Below, piece after piece: positions 45,095 to 53,586 of a stretch of 64,000 nucleotides of DNA. The DNA is from a virus: positions 2,329 to 66,328 of the IMG/VR virus record IMGVR_UViG_3300029188_000196. One strand, written 5' to 3'. A program made the position numbers and the translations under genes. Numbering within the stretch: the stretch's first letter is position 1; every line of letters begins with the position of its first letter. Below the pieces are notes generated by a model, which worked only from the letters and a program-made list of their open reading frames with translations, made no database searches and was not told the origin of the DNA.

Positions 45095-45151
45095 CGGTAC
45101 AATGGAAGAAGGTCTCGCATATTTCCGGCCCCCATTGGGGGGCTTGGGAGC

Positions 45152-46300
45152 TTACGCTCCCGCCTCCAGCATCTGCGCCGTGTCTGCCTCACAGTCGGGC
45201 TGTGTTGGCTCGGCATTTGCCGATGCGACCGTTACCCCAGAGGGGAAACCGCCCTCCTGTGCCGCCTGTTTCGCGGCCTTGAGTGAATCTCGTTTTGCCT
45301 TTTCCCTTGCGAGGAACTTCTGTGCTTCCTCATCCGTGCGGAAAGCCGCATGCCCGGAAAGATTCTCCATGAGGATCTTGCGAGTTGCTTTGAAATCCGA
45401 CCCATTCATGCCCAGACGGATGAGCCATGTGCGGAGCGCATATTTTTCATTTTCATCGTTGACATTCTTAGCCTGAATGCGCTTCTGGCTGATGGCCTGC
45501 TGGTTCATCAGAACGGCAAGCTGTGCGAAAGCTGTCAGGTGTTCGTGGTCCGGTGCAGTCGGGAAGCCAGTGAAAATGACCTTCTCGGTGGTGATTTTCA
45601 AGCCTTCCAATGCCGCGCCATGCTCTGCTTCATAACCATTGACTGCGCTGATGAAGTTCATGGTGGCAAGGGTGCAAGTGTCATCCTTCAGCTTGTCGAC
45701 CAGCCCCTCTTCCACATGAAAGTGGCCGCCCGTTGCTTTCCCGATAAGATTTCCGCGGCTGTAAAGGAGGTTGACCAGATTACGCAGGGTCACACCGTTG
45801 TGCTGACTGACCAGGAAGGAAAGTTCCAAATCCAGAGGAACTTCATCCTGCTGGTCTTCCTCTTCCGTTTGCTCTTCGGTCTCCTGCTCCCCTGTATCCA
45901 ACTCTTCTTCCGGCTCATCCTCTGCTGTGTCGTCCGGCTCCGGTACTTCCGCAGGTTCATTCTGCTCTGCAAAATCATCTGCTTCGGATTCCTGCTCATC
46001 GGGAACTTCCGGTTCTGCTTCAGTCGGCTGTTCCTCTTCCGGTGCCGACTCTGCGTTCTCCGGCTGAACATCCGTGCTCTCGGCGTTGCGAATCAGCCCC
46101 TCGTTCAGCAGGCTCGTCAACAGCTCTGCATCCGCATTCTCCGGTTCGACCAGCAGGTTTCCATCCCGGTCGATGGTATAGTCGCCAATATCATAGGCAT
46201 ACAGAGGTGCTTTGGTGTAGTAAGGGTGGATGCCAGTCAGCTCCTCCATGCGTCTTGCGAGGGTCTTGCGCTCGGCTACATTCAGTTCAAATTTCAACAT
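45152..46300 (-). CDS. Amidoligase paralog with a large acidic insert (possibly divergent/inactive, or a partner/substrate)
   Basis: The C-terminal half aligns with the 43991..44926 protein ('GGHFHVEEG' ~ 'GVHVHISGEGH'; 'ENEKYALRTWLIRLGMNGSDFKATRKILMENLSGHAAFR' ~ 'ENEKYAMRCWMLRLGFIGDEFKTAREYYLNNMEGNSAWR'). An acidic Glu/Pro/Thr-rich insert of about 130 aa lies after the N-terminal domain. Preceded by module P8. Confidence 0.6.
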   Translation of the reverse strand: MLKFELNVAERKTLARRMEELTGIHPYYTKAPLYAYDIGDYTIDRDGNLLVEPENADAELLTSLLNEGLIRNAESTDVQPENAESAPEEEQPTEAEPEVPDEQESEADDFAEQNEPAEVPEPDDTAEDEPEEELDTGEQETEEQTEEEDQQDEVPLDLELSFLVSQHNGVTLRNLVNLLYSRGNLIGKATGGHFHVEEGLVDKLKDDTCTLATMNFISAVNGYEAEHGAALEGLKITTEKVIFTGFPTAPDHEHLTAFAQLAVLMNQQAISQKRIQAKNVNDENEKYALRTWLIRLGMNGSDFKATRKILMENLSGHAAFRTDEEAQKFLAREKAKRDSLKAAKQAAQEGGFPSGVTVASANAEPTQPDCEADTAQMLEAGA

Positions 46301-46346
46301 AATTCGTCGCTCCTTTTTTAATTAGTCTTTTGTGCATTCCGATGTT

Positions 46347-46395
46347 CTTTTCGGTAGCACATATATCCCTCTAAACCGAGCAAATAGCAAGGCCA
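46347..46395 (-). promoter_or_regulatory. Early promoter-operator module, copy P8 (TTGCTA-17-GATATA)
   Basis: Conserved -35 context GGCCTTGCTAT; the -10 is more divergent. Confidence 0.45.
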
Positions 46396-46522
46396 TTTCC
46401 CGATATTCTTCATGTTCAACCATTTACACAACACGGTTCAAAAGCTGTTGTGTAAATGGTCCTGATATGTATGCCCACCATATCACTGGGTAGCTGTCTA
46501 CCTAGTAATATAGCGGGCCAGT

Positions 46523-48694
46523 TTATTCTTCCAGTCCTGCGCACCATGCGATGCCTGCCAGAACAAAGTACACACATGGAAGTGCGACACCGTTACCCCA
46601 GAGTTTGTACTCAGCCGCATCCGAATACGGATCTGCCAGCCATTTCCGGATTTGCTTCTCCGTCTTCGGCTTCTTCGCATGGGTCACGATCTTACGGTGT
46701 GTTTCAAACACATCTGCCCAGAATGCCAACTCTTCCTCGGTTGGATTTTCCGTTCCAAGGTCTCTGCACCACCAATCCGGGAATCCTTGAAGTCTGGCAC
46801 ACTCGGTCGGTGTCAGGCGGCGGACGGTGTAGGTCACAGGTGTGGACTGTGCTTCCGGGTTGTCGATGACAAGACGGTCATTGAAAGCGTCCTGCCCATT
46901 GAAGCCGCTGGGATGTGCCCCGCTCGCCACGGTACCAGCCACACCCTCGTTCAGATGCGGTGCCGGTGCAATGGTGGTCGGGTCTTTGTAATCCCGTGCC
47001 ATCAGAGTCGGAGATACATTCTCCTCTACTCGCATAAAGGAGCCAGTGGTCATGGCATACACATCTTCCGGTGCGCAGACTGCATGACGGTCAGTGGCGT
47101 CCAGCGTAAAGCAGACATCCTCATTGACCCCATCTCCCTGTGGACCATTCTCGTCCTTGCGGCCGATCATGTTACCCTGCAGGACGAAGGTCTGCATCTG
47201 GTCGCTTCGGGTCGCCATGAGTGCGCCAGACTTTCCATGCAGGTCAATCAGCTCATTGCGCTGATTCACATGGAAAGCAGTCACATCTTCCGGCTGTACC
47301 ACAAAGGTCTGCTGTTTCATTCCCGGCTCTGCTGCCAGTGCCGCTGACTTGTCCCCCAGATCCCGGACTTCATCTCTCTGGTTCTGGGTAAAAGCAACAG
47401 GCTCTACCACACAGATGCCGCCCTGATTGCAAGTCGGAGCACCGCCGCTGCGGTCCAGTGTCCGGGAAGTTTCCGCTTCATAGAAACCGCTATGCGGATT
47501 GTCGGACATCATGGAATGGCTGGCTTTCGAGCAGACACCATAGCATTTCGGGACGAACAGTGTCTGGTCGTTGTTACAGCCAAGGGTGGCCGATTTTTCT
47601 TCCTGCCAGATGACTCCCTTGCCGCCGCCCTCACACCCGGAACGGATCTTCAGCGTGACTGCCGGAGAATTATCTGCACCATCCATGACCAGCGGAACAT
47701 TGCCACCGCCCGTACCGCATCGGCTGGTCAGCGTTTGAACCTTGCCATCTTCGGAAATCTTCACCCTGCTGTCTGCCGGATGATTTTCCAATGCAATGGC
47801 GGCAGGTACGACACCTGCCCGGAGGGTCGGTGACCGTTCTTCCTCATATCCGATGCTTCTGGCATTTGCGGAATGCTCAGTACAGAAACCAGCAGCTTCA
47901 AGAATCTCTCCCGGCTTGTTCAGGCCGATTCTTCCTGCACAGCTTGCCGTTCCAATGCCGCTTTCAGAACTGGCGGCAGCTCTTTGCCACGCACGGAAGC
48001 TCTCCGGAGAATACCGAGACAGGCCTTCGGACTTAAATAGTACTTTTCCGGCACTTTGACCTGCAAAGTCTGCGACAAGGAACAGACGTTTTCTTCGTTG
48101 AGCCAAGCCGAAGTGTTGAGCATCGAGAGTTCTGTATGCCACGCTCCATCCGTCTCCCAGAATAATATCGGCGGTTGCCCACTTTCCCTTTTCAGGCATA
48201 GGCAGCGGTGGCGCTTCTGGCTCTTTGACTGCGATGATTTCTTCAAGGACCGACTTAAAGTCCTCACCGGATTTGCTGGAGAACAGTCCGGGAACGTTCT
48301 CGACGACAAAATATCGTGGGTTTTCTCCATCGGTTGCTTCCCTCATTTCTTTAATAATCCTGACCGCCTCATAAAACAGACCACTTCGGGTTGTCTTTTC
48401 TCCGCCGTGGTCGATATGCTGAACGCCCTCTCTTTTTCCAGCCACAGAAACGGACTGGCAAGGGAAACCACCTGTGATGATATCTACAGGAGGGAGTTCC
48501 GCTCCACGAAGACTGGAAATATCTCCGTAGTGGATTACCTGCGGCAGTCGTTTTGTAGTCACACGAATTGGGAATGGTTCAACTTCACAGTTCCAGACCG
48601 GCTGGATTCCTGCAAGCAGCCCTCCCAATTCAAAACCCCCGGAACCTGCAAAGAGGCTGCCGAGGGTCAAGGTCTTATTCTGTTCTGTACTCAT
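46523..48694 (-). CDS. DNA (cytosine-5)-methyltransferase, large (723 aa; probably multispecific phage-type)
   Basis: Motif I 'LFAGSGG', motif IV 'GFPCQSVSVAG', motif VI 'FVVENVPGL'. A long variable region suggests several target-recognition domains. Confidence 0.85.
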   Translation of the reverse strand: MSTEQNKTLTLGSLFAGSGGFELGGLLAGIQPVWNCEVEPFPIRVTTKRLPQVIHYGDISSLRGAELPPVDIITGGFPCQSVSVAGKREGVQHIDHGGEKTTRSGLFYEAVRIIKEMREATDGENPRYFVVENVPGLFSSKSGEDFKSVLEEIIAVKEPEAPPLPMPEKGKWATADIILGDGWSVAYRTLDAQHFGLAQRRKRLFLVADFAGQSAGKVLFKSEGLSRYSPESFRAWQRAAASSESGIGTASCAGRIGLNKPGEILEAAGFCTEHSANARSIGYEEERSPTLRAGVVPAAIALENHPADSRVKISEDGKVQTLTSRCGTGGGNVPLVMDGADNSPAVTLKIRSGCEGGGKGVIWQEEKSATLGCNNDQTLFVPKCYGVCSKASHSMMSDNPHSGFYEAETSRTLDRSGGAPTCNQGGICVVEPVAFTQNQRDEVRDLGDKSAALAAEPGMKQQTFVVQPEDVTAFHVNQRNELIDLHGKSGALMATRSDQMQTFVLQGNMIGRKDENGPQGDGVNEDVCFTLDATDRHAVCAPEDVYAMTTGSFMRVEENVSPTLMARDYKDPTTIAPAPHLNEGVAGTVASGAHPSGFNGQDAFNDRLVIDNPEAQSTPVTYTVRRLTPTECARLQGFPDWWCRDLGTENPTEEELAFWADVFETHRKIVTHAKKPKTEKQIRKWLADPYSDAAEYKLWGNGVALPCVYFVLAGIAWCAGLEE

Positions 48695-49464
48695 TCGGCA
48701 ACCTCCTCTCCGAGCATCTGCTCATTGGCTTTCTGGTAAAAATCTCTGGATACCTCAAATCCATAGCTGTTGCGGCCAAGCTCCCGTGCGGCACGAAGGG
48801 TCGAACCGCTGCCAGCACATGGGTCAATAACCACATCGCCGGGGTCAGTGAAAGTTTCGATCAGGCGTTTCAGCACAGAGATTGGTTTCTGAGAGGGATG
48901 AATTTTCGGATATTCCTTACTATCCCGTTTCCAGTCAAACCAGTTGAAGATCATGTGGGGCTTGCCGTCCTCACCGAGATTGCGGAACTTGGGGAGCTTG
49001 CCCCGGTACAGCACCAGCGCATACTCCGTTGCACCCACAATCTTCATGTTGGCTTTGAGTACCTGTGGACTGTAGTTCTTACAGAACACCAGTGGGATAT
49101 AATTCTTGAAGCCGTATTTTTCCGCTTCGGTGATCACCTTCGGGATCTGCTGGAACGCACAGAACACAATCATGCATGGCGCGTCCTTTTCACCCGTGCC
49201 GGGTTCTTTCTTCAGCAGGCGGTTGCAGAAATGGAAATATTCTGCAATGTTGAAAGTGAAGTCGGTATTGAATGCCGCTTTCCTCGCCTTGCTGCTCTCC
49301 CCGTTTTTGTTGTCGCCATCCACATACCAGTCCGGCCGACTGGCGTAGAAGTCCGTACCGATGTTGTACGGAATGTCTGCGATCACCAGCTGTGCCTTGG
49401 GGATGTTGTAGGACTTGAAGTTCTGGAAGTTGTCATGGATGAGGACACATTTTACATCAGGCAT
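48691..49464 (-). CDS. DNA N6-adenine/N4-cytosine methyltransferase (beta-class)
   Basis: 'VIADIPYNIG' DPPY motif and 'HPSQKPISVLKRLIETFTDPGDVVIDPCAGSGST' AdoMet motif. The likely start is the internal ATG at about 49464. Confidence 0.8.
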   Translation of the reverse strand: MPDVKCVLIHDNFQNFKSYNIPKAQLVIADIPYNIGTDFYASRPDWYVDGDNKNGESSKARKAAFNTDFTFNIAEYFHFCNRLLKKEPGTGEKDAPCMIVFCAFQQIPKVITEAEKYGFKNYIPLVFCKNYSPQVLKANMKIVGATEYALVLYRGKLPKFRNLGEDGKPHMIFNWFDWKRDSKEYPKIHPSQKPISVLKRLIETFTDPGDVVIDPCAGSGSTLRAARELGRNSYGFEVSRDFYQKANEQMLGEEVAE

Positions 49465-50737
49465 CGGCATCCACACTTTCCGGCTCAAAGGTCGCCACTT
49501 CCTCAAACTTCAGCTTCTGACTGTCACGGATAACATACACATCATCGTAGTGACCCTCCCGGAACTGAATGTAGCGTTTGACTGCAACATCCACGAACTT
49601 CGGTTCCACCTCCACACCATAACAGATACGATCGATCTGTTCACAGGCAATCAGGGTCGATGCGCTGCCGAGGAAGCCGTCCAGAACAATGCCGTTGGTC
49701 ATGGTGGACTGCTTGATCAGATAGGCAATCAGTGGAACAGGCTTGCTGGAGGGGTGGCCGAAACCATCCTCTTTGGAGTTCTTGATGCCCTCAAATTCAA
49801 ACACATTGGTCTGCTTCTGATCGCCGTACCAGCGATGACGGCCGTCCTTACGCCAGCCAAAGATGATAGGCTCGGAGTTGAACTTCCAGTCGGTACGCAT
49901 AAAAGGCGCACGAGGCTTCTTCCAAATCAGGCCGGCTCCCACCTTGAAGCCCGCATCCTCGAAAGCATCGTAAAACACACGGGCTTTCATCGTGGCGTAG
50001 AATTCATAGATGGAAGCGTCCATCGCCATCGCATTTTTGAAGTTGGCGTAGACCTTCATCAAAAACTCGTAGGCGGACTTGTCATCCAGATCATCATTCT
50101 TGATACTGCCGGAAGCATTCTCCAGCTTGACGAAGTAAGGTGCATCGGTACAGACCAGATTAACCTTGGTATCGCCCAGCAGATTTTTATAAACCTCCGG
50201 GTCCGTGGAATCTCCGCAGATGGCTGTGTGTTTACCAAGGTGCCAGATATCTCCGGCCTTGGAAAAACACGGCTGTTTCAGTTCAGATTCCACATCGAAA
50301 TCATCATCTTTCACATCCTTGTCGTGGACACTAGTAAAGAGTTCACTGATTTCCGGTGGCTCAAAACCTGTCTTTCCGAGGTCGAAGTTTGAATCTTCGA
50401 GGTCTTTCAGCAGATCAGCCAGCAGGGAATCATCCCATGCACCCGTAATCTTGTTGAGTGCGATGTTCAGGGCTTTCTCCCTGGTCTTGTCGATGTCCAC
50501 CACCGCGCAAGGCACTTCGGTGTAGCCCAGCTCCATCGCTACGGTCAGTCTCTGGTGACCACCGATGATCGTCATATCGGCATTGACCACCAAAGGATCT
50601 GCGAAGCCGAACTCCGTGATGGAGTTCTTGATCTTCTCGTACTCTTTGTCCCCCGGCTTCAGCTTCTTCCGGGGATTGTATGCGGCCGGCTTGAGTACGG
50701 ACACCGGCAGCATCTTCAATTCAGCAGTCGCTTTCAT
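49457..50737 (-). CDS. ParB-like nuclease domain fused to DNA methyltransferase (N6/N4 family)
   Basis: N-terminal ParB/Srx motif 'IIGGHQRLTVAMELG'. C-terminal 'HPSSKPVPLIAYLI...DGFLGSASTLIACEQ' MTase motifs. Confidence 0.8.
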   Translation of the reverse strand: MKATAELKMLPVSVLKPAAYNPRKKLKPGDKEYEKIKNSITEFGFADPLVVNADMTIIGGHQRLTVAMELGYTEVPCAVVDIDKTREKALNIALNKITGAWDDSLLADLLKDLEDSNFDLGKTGFEPPEISELFTSVHDKDVKDDDFDVESELKQPCFSKAGDIWHLGKHTAICGDSTDPEVYKNLLGDTKVNLVCTDAPYFVKLENASGSIKNDDLDDKSAYEFLMKVYANFKNAMAMDASIYEFYATMKARVFYDAFEDAGFKVGAGLIWKKPRAPFMRTDWKFNSEPIIFGWRKDGRHRWYGDQKQTNVFEFEGIKNSKEDGFGHPSSKPVPLIAYLIKQSTMTNGIVLDGFLGSASTLIACEQIDRICYGVEVEPKFVDVAVKRYIQFREGHYDDVYVIRDSQKLKFEEVATFEPESVDADA

Positions 50738-50758
50738 GTAGATCCTCCCACTTTAGAT

Positions 50759-50977
50759 TCACACGCGCATGACCCCAGAGAACGGCACGAAAAAGGAGCC
50801 GAATAAAAAGCCCGACTCCATCTCATCGCCATTTTCCCGCGGCTGTTCGGTCATCTCGCACCATTCCGGGTTTTCTCCGTTCACGGATGCCAGCACCTTA
50901 TCTTCCGCATCGTCAATCGCATGTACACAGATCCCCCCGGTGTTGAACATCGGGAACACACCGACAATCTTACTCAT
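50759..50977 (-). CDS. Hypothetical protein
   Basis: 72-aa ORF. Confidence 0.35.
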   Translation of the reverse strand: MSKIVGVFPMFNTGGICVHAIDDAEDKVLASVNGENPEWCEMTEQPRENGDEMESGFLFGSFFVPFSGVMRV

Positions 50978-51470
50978 CCTGCTTTGCCCCCTTTAACCCA
51001 TATCGAAATTCAAAATAGCATTCCCGGCTGCAAAATCTTCTCTGTCCGTTACATTCGTGGACGGCCTTAAACTCTCTTCCACAGTTCTGGCAGATTGCAT
51101 TTCGGCCGGTCGCCAGACTTTTGTAGTGTTTTCGCTCGTACTCGTCTTTGCATTCCTTTGAGCAAAAGCGCCGAACACCACCGACTTTCTGCAACACCGG
51201 TTTTCCACACACCGGACAGAACTTCCCTTTCGTCATGTTCGGAGGGATCAGGTGACAATTCCCGACTTCCGGCAGCCCAAGTTCTCTGCAATAGTCGATG
51301 ACCTGTTCTATCGGAAGGCCTGTTTTCTCTGCGATTTCCACGCACTCCACGCCTGCCAGCCGCTGATTCCGCACTTCTTCACGCTCTGCGGAATAGGCCA
51401 TGCCTTCTATCAGGCAGTCCAGACGAACTCCATGCTTTACCACATCACGCTGTATTGTCAAAGGTTCCAT
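50970..51470 (-). CDS. Sigma-70 region-4-like HTH + double zinc-ribbon protein (putative transcription regulator)
   Basis: 'REEVRNQRLAGVECVEIAEKTGLPIEQVI' region-4-like HTH, followed by two CxxCG...RRFCSxEC modules. AAGGAG RBS 8 nt before the ATG at 51470. Confidence 0.55.
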   Translation of the reverse strand: MEPLTIQRDVVKHGVRLDCLIEGMAYSAEREEVRNQRLAGVECVEIAEKTGLPIEQVIDYCRELGLPEVGNCHLIPPNMTKGKFCPVCGKPVLQKVGGVRRFCSKECKDEYERKHYKSLATGRNAICQNCGREFKAVHECNGQRRFCSRECYFEFRYGLKGAKQDE

Positions 51471-51753
51471 CCGATGCACTCCTTCCTCGATTCGCACAGG
51501 CGCGGCTGCAATATTTCCGTTCTAGTCCATACTGTTGTCGGTAGGAAAATTCCCTGCCGCACACCGGGCAGATCTTCGACCGCACGGTCTTCCAGTTCTC
51601 CAGTTTCGGATGAGTGTTGTTCCACCGTGACCGGCATTCCGGTGAACAGAACTTCCGTGGTCTGCCTTTATGGTTTGGTACGATTGCCGTACCGCACTGA
51701 GGACAGAACGAAAACGCCATGTCCTTGATCATCTCAGCCGTGAAATCTTCCAT
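51445..51753 (-). CDS. Double zinc-ribbon protein, paralog of the C-terminal half of 50970..51470
   Basis: 'FCPQCGTAIVPNHKGRPRKFCSPECRSRW' and 'ICPVCGREFSYRQQYGLERKYCSRACANRG' repeat the same module found in the neighbouring gene. Confidence 0.5.
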   Translation of the reverse strand: MEDFTAEMIKDMAFSFCPQCGTAIVPNHKGRPRKFCSPECRSRWNNTHPKLENWKTVRSKICPVCGREFSYRQQYGLERKYCSRACANRGRSASDGTFDNTA

Positions 51754-52155
51754 CTGCCCTCACCCCACTCTCATTTTTCGCCGTTTCTTCGGCGGTTTCT
51801 TGGAAAAGTTTCATAATTCATATGAAAAGCGGCGAAGTGGAAATCGGCACCGCCCCGCCAGGTCGGATTGTTGTTGCGGCGGCCGATTCGCACTCGCCCC
51901 TGCTCCTCCCGGAACAAGCTAAAATGTGCGAAAGCTCCCTGTTTACGAGAGTTTTCACACACTTTGGTTCATTTCGGGGAAAAAGGAAGGCACCTGAACC
52001 GAAGCTCCGATGCCTGTGCATTTTCCTGTTTCATTTTGCGCCGTTAATCCTCTGACCCCCGGCCTACTAATTTTGCGATTTTTCACACGAAAGCCATCGC
52101 CGGTCTCCGTGTGACTTCACCATAGAGAAGTGACCCCGGCCCCCGGTGGGCCCTG
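51754..52155. other. 400-bp GC-rich noncoding region with multiple hairpins (function unknown)
   Basis: No RBS-supported ORF. Contains GGCCC-ACCG-GGGCC and GTGAC...GTGAC elements. Lies between the HNH gene and the zinc-ribbon genes. Confidence 0.4.
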
Positions 52156-52515
52156 TCAGTAGGTGTAGGTCGGGTTGATGTCCTCGGTCAGTGTCTTGCG
52201 GTCATGACACTCTTTGCAGAGAGCCTGCCAGTTGCTCCGATCCCAGAACAATTTCTGGTCACCACGGTGTGGTTTGATGTGATCCACCACCGTTGCCCGG
52301 ACGTACTTTCCTCGCTTGGCACACTCCACACACAGCGGATGAGCTTCGAGATACGATTTTCTCGCTTTCTGCCACCGCCTGTTATAACCTCGCCTGGCGG
52401 CGGGTCTTGTTGCTTCCGGATGGAGAGGCAGATGCTTCTCACAGTAGAGCCGGCCGGCTTCCACCAGTTCTGGGCAACCGGGATGGTGGCACGGTGTCTT
52501 TGGTCTGTACGGCAT
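52156..52515 (-). CDS. HNH endonuclease
   Basis: 'VDHIKPHRGDQKLFWDRSNWQALCKECHDRKT' HNH motif with CxxC pairs. Confidence 0.85.
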   Translation of the reverse strand: MPYRPKTPCHHPGCPELVEAGRLYCEKHLPLHPEATRPAARRGYNRRWQKARKSYLEAHPLCVECAKRGKYVRATVVDHIKPHRGDQKLFWDRSNWQALCKECHDRKTLTEDINPTYTY

Positions 52516-52518
52516 GGG

Positions 52519-53586
52519 TCAGTCCTCCCACGGAAGACCAGCCTTGCCGAAGTGACCGTAGGCACTGACCTTGTTGTAGTCCACGTCCAGCAATCCCAGC
52601 CGCTTGATGATACCCTGCGGAGTCAGGTCGTAGCTGTCTTTGACATAAGCCTGAATGAACTCCAAGTCCTCACGCTCCGTGCCGAAGCACTCGACCGACA
52701 CACCCACCGGCTGAACCACACCAATGGCGTAGGCCAGCTGGACTTCGCACTTGTCAGCGTAGCCAGCCTGCACAATGTTCTTGGCAATCTTCCGTGCCAT
52801 GTATGCTGCGGAGCGGTCCACCTTGGTGGGGTCTTTACCGCTCAGAGCACCACCGCCCATGCGACCGATGCCGCCATAGGTGTCACACGCCAACTTCCGG
52901 CCGGTCACACCGCAGTCTGCGTAGCTACCACCCAGCACGAAACGGCCGGTCGGATTCACAAGCTTCGTGAAGTCACCGTTCAGACCATACTCGCAGGCGG
53001 CCAGCACCATCATAGATTCGATGATGTGGCGGAAGTCGCTGACCTCCACATCCGGGCTATGCTGCACGGAGCAGAGAAATGTGGTAATGCGACCAGTGTC
53101 GTAATCATAGCTGACCTGTGCCTTGGCATCTGCACGGAACATCTTAGTTGGATGATTCTTCAGCAGTTGCAGGAACTTGGTTGCTACCATGTATGGAATC
53201 GGCATCTGCTCTGCCGTTTCGTTTGTAGCGTAACCGTACATGATTCCCTGGTCACCGGCACCACCCTTATCCACGCCGAGTGCGATGTCCGGCGACTGTT
53301 TGTCCACCAAAACGCCGATGCGAATTCGGTCGCTAAAGTCGAAGCCCATCTTCTCCGCACCAATGTGAGTAATCACATTGTGTACGAGCTGATGGTAGTT
53401 CGGCTGATAGTCAGTCGTCATCTCGCCAGCAATAAAGAGCTGGTTCTTCTTCAGCAGGCATTCGATTGCGACACGCGCATTCTTGTCGTGCTTCAGAACA
53501 TCCGTCACGATGGCGTCTGCAATCTGGTCACAGATTTTATCGGGATGGCCGTTGCTGACCTGTTCACAGGTAATGATCTTGCTCAT
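52519..53586 (-). CDS. metK: S-adenosylmethionine synthetase (MetK), phage-encoded
   Basis: 'SEQVSNGHPDKICDQIADAI' N-terminal signature and 'GGGALSGKDPTKVDRSAAYMAR' C-terminal signature. Start at 53586 with a GGAGGG RBS. Confidence 0.85.
   Translation of the reverse strand: MSKIITCEQVSNGHPDKICDQIADAIVTDVLKHDKNARVAIECLLKKNQLFIAGEMTTDYQPNYHQLVHNVITHIGAEKMGFDFSDRIRIGVLVDKQSPDIALGVDKGGAGDQGIMYGYATNETAEQMPIPYMVATKFLQLLKNHPTKMFRADAKAQVSYDYDTGRITTFLCSVQHSPDVEVSDFRHIIESMMVLAACEYGLNGDFTKLVNPTGRFVLGGSYADCGVTGRKLACDTYGGIGRMGGGALSGKDPTKVDRSAAYMARKIAKNIVQAGYADKCEVQLAYAIGVVQPVGVSVECFGTEREDLEFIQAYVKDSYDLTPQGIIKRLGLLDVDYNKVSAYGHFGKAGLPWED

Noticed and set aside
49415-50392. 325-aa plus-strand ORF
   Set aside because: It is antisense to the ParB-MTase gene. 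Spurious.
52156-52515. HNH endonuclease as a cos-cleavage partner of the terminase
   Set aside because: The HNH gene is about 14 kb from terminase genes of the P27/Terminase_1 type, so the usual adjacent HNH-TerS-TerL arrangement does not apply. No packaging role is claimed.
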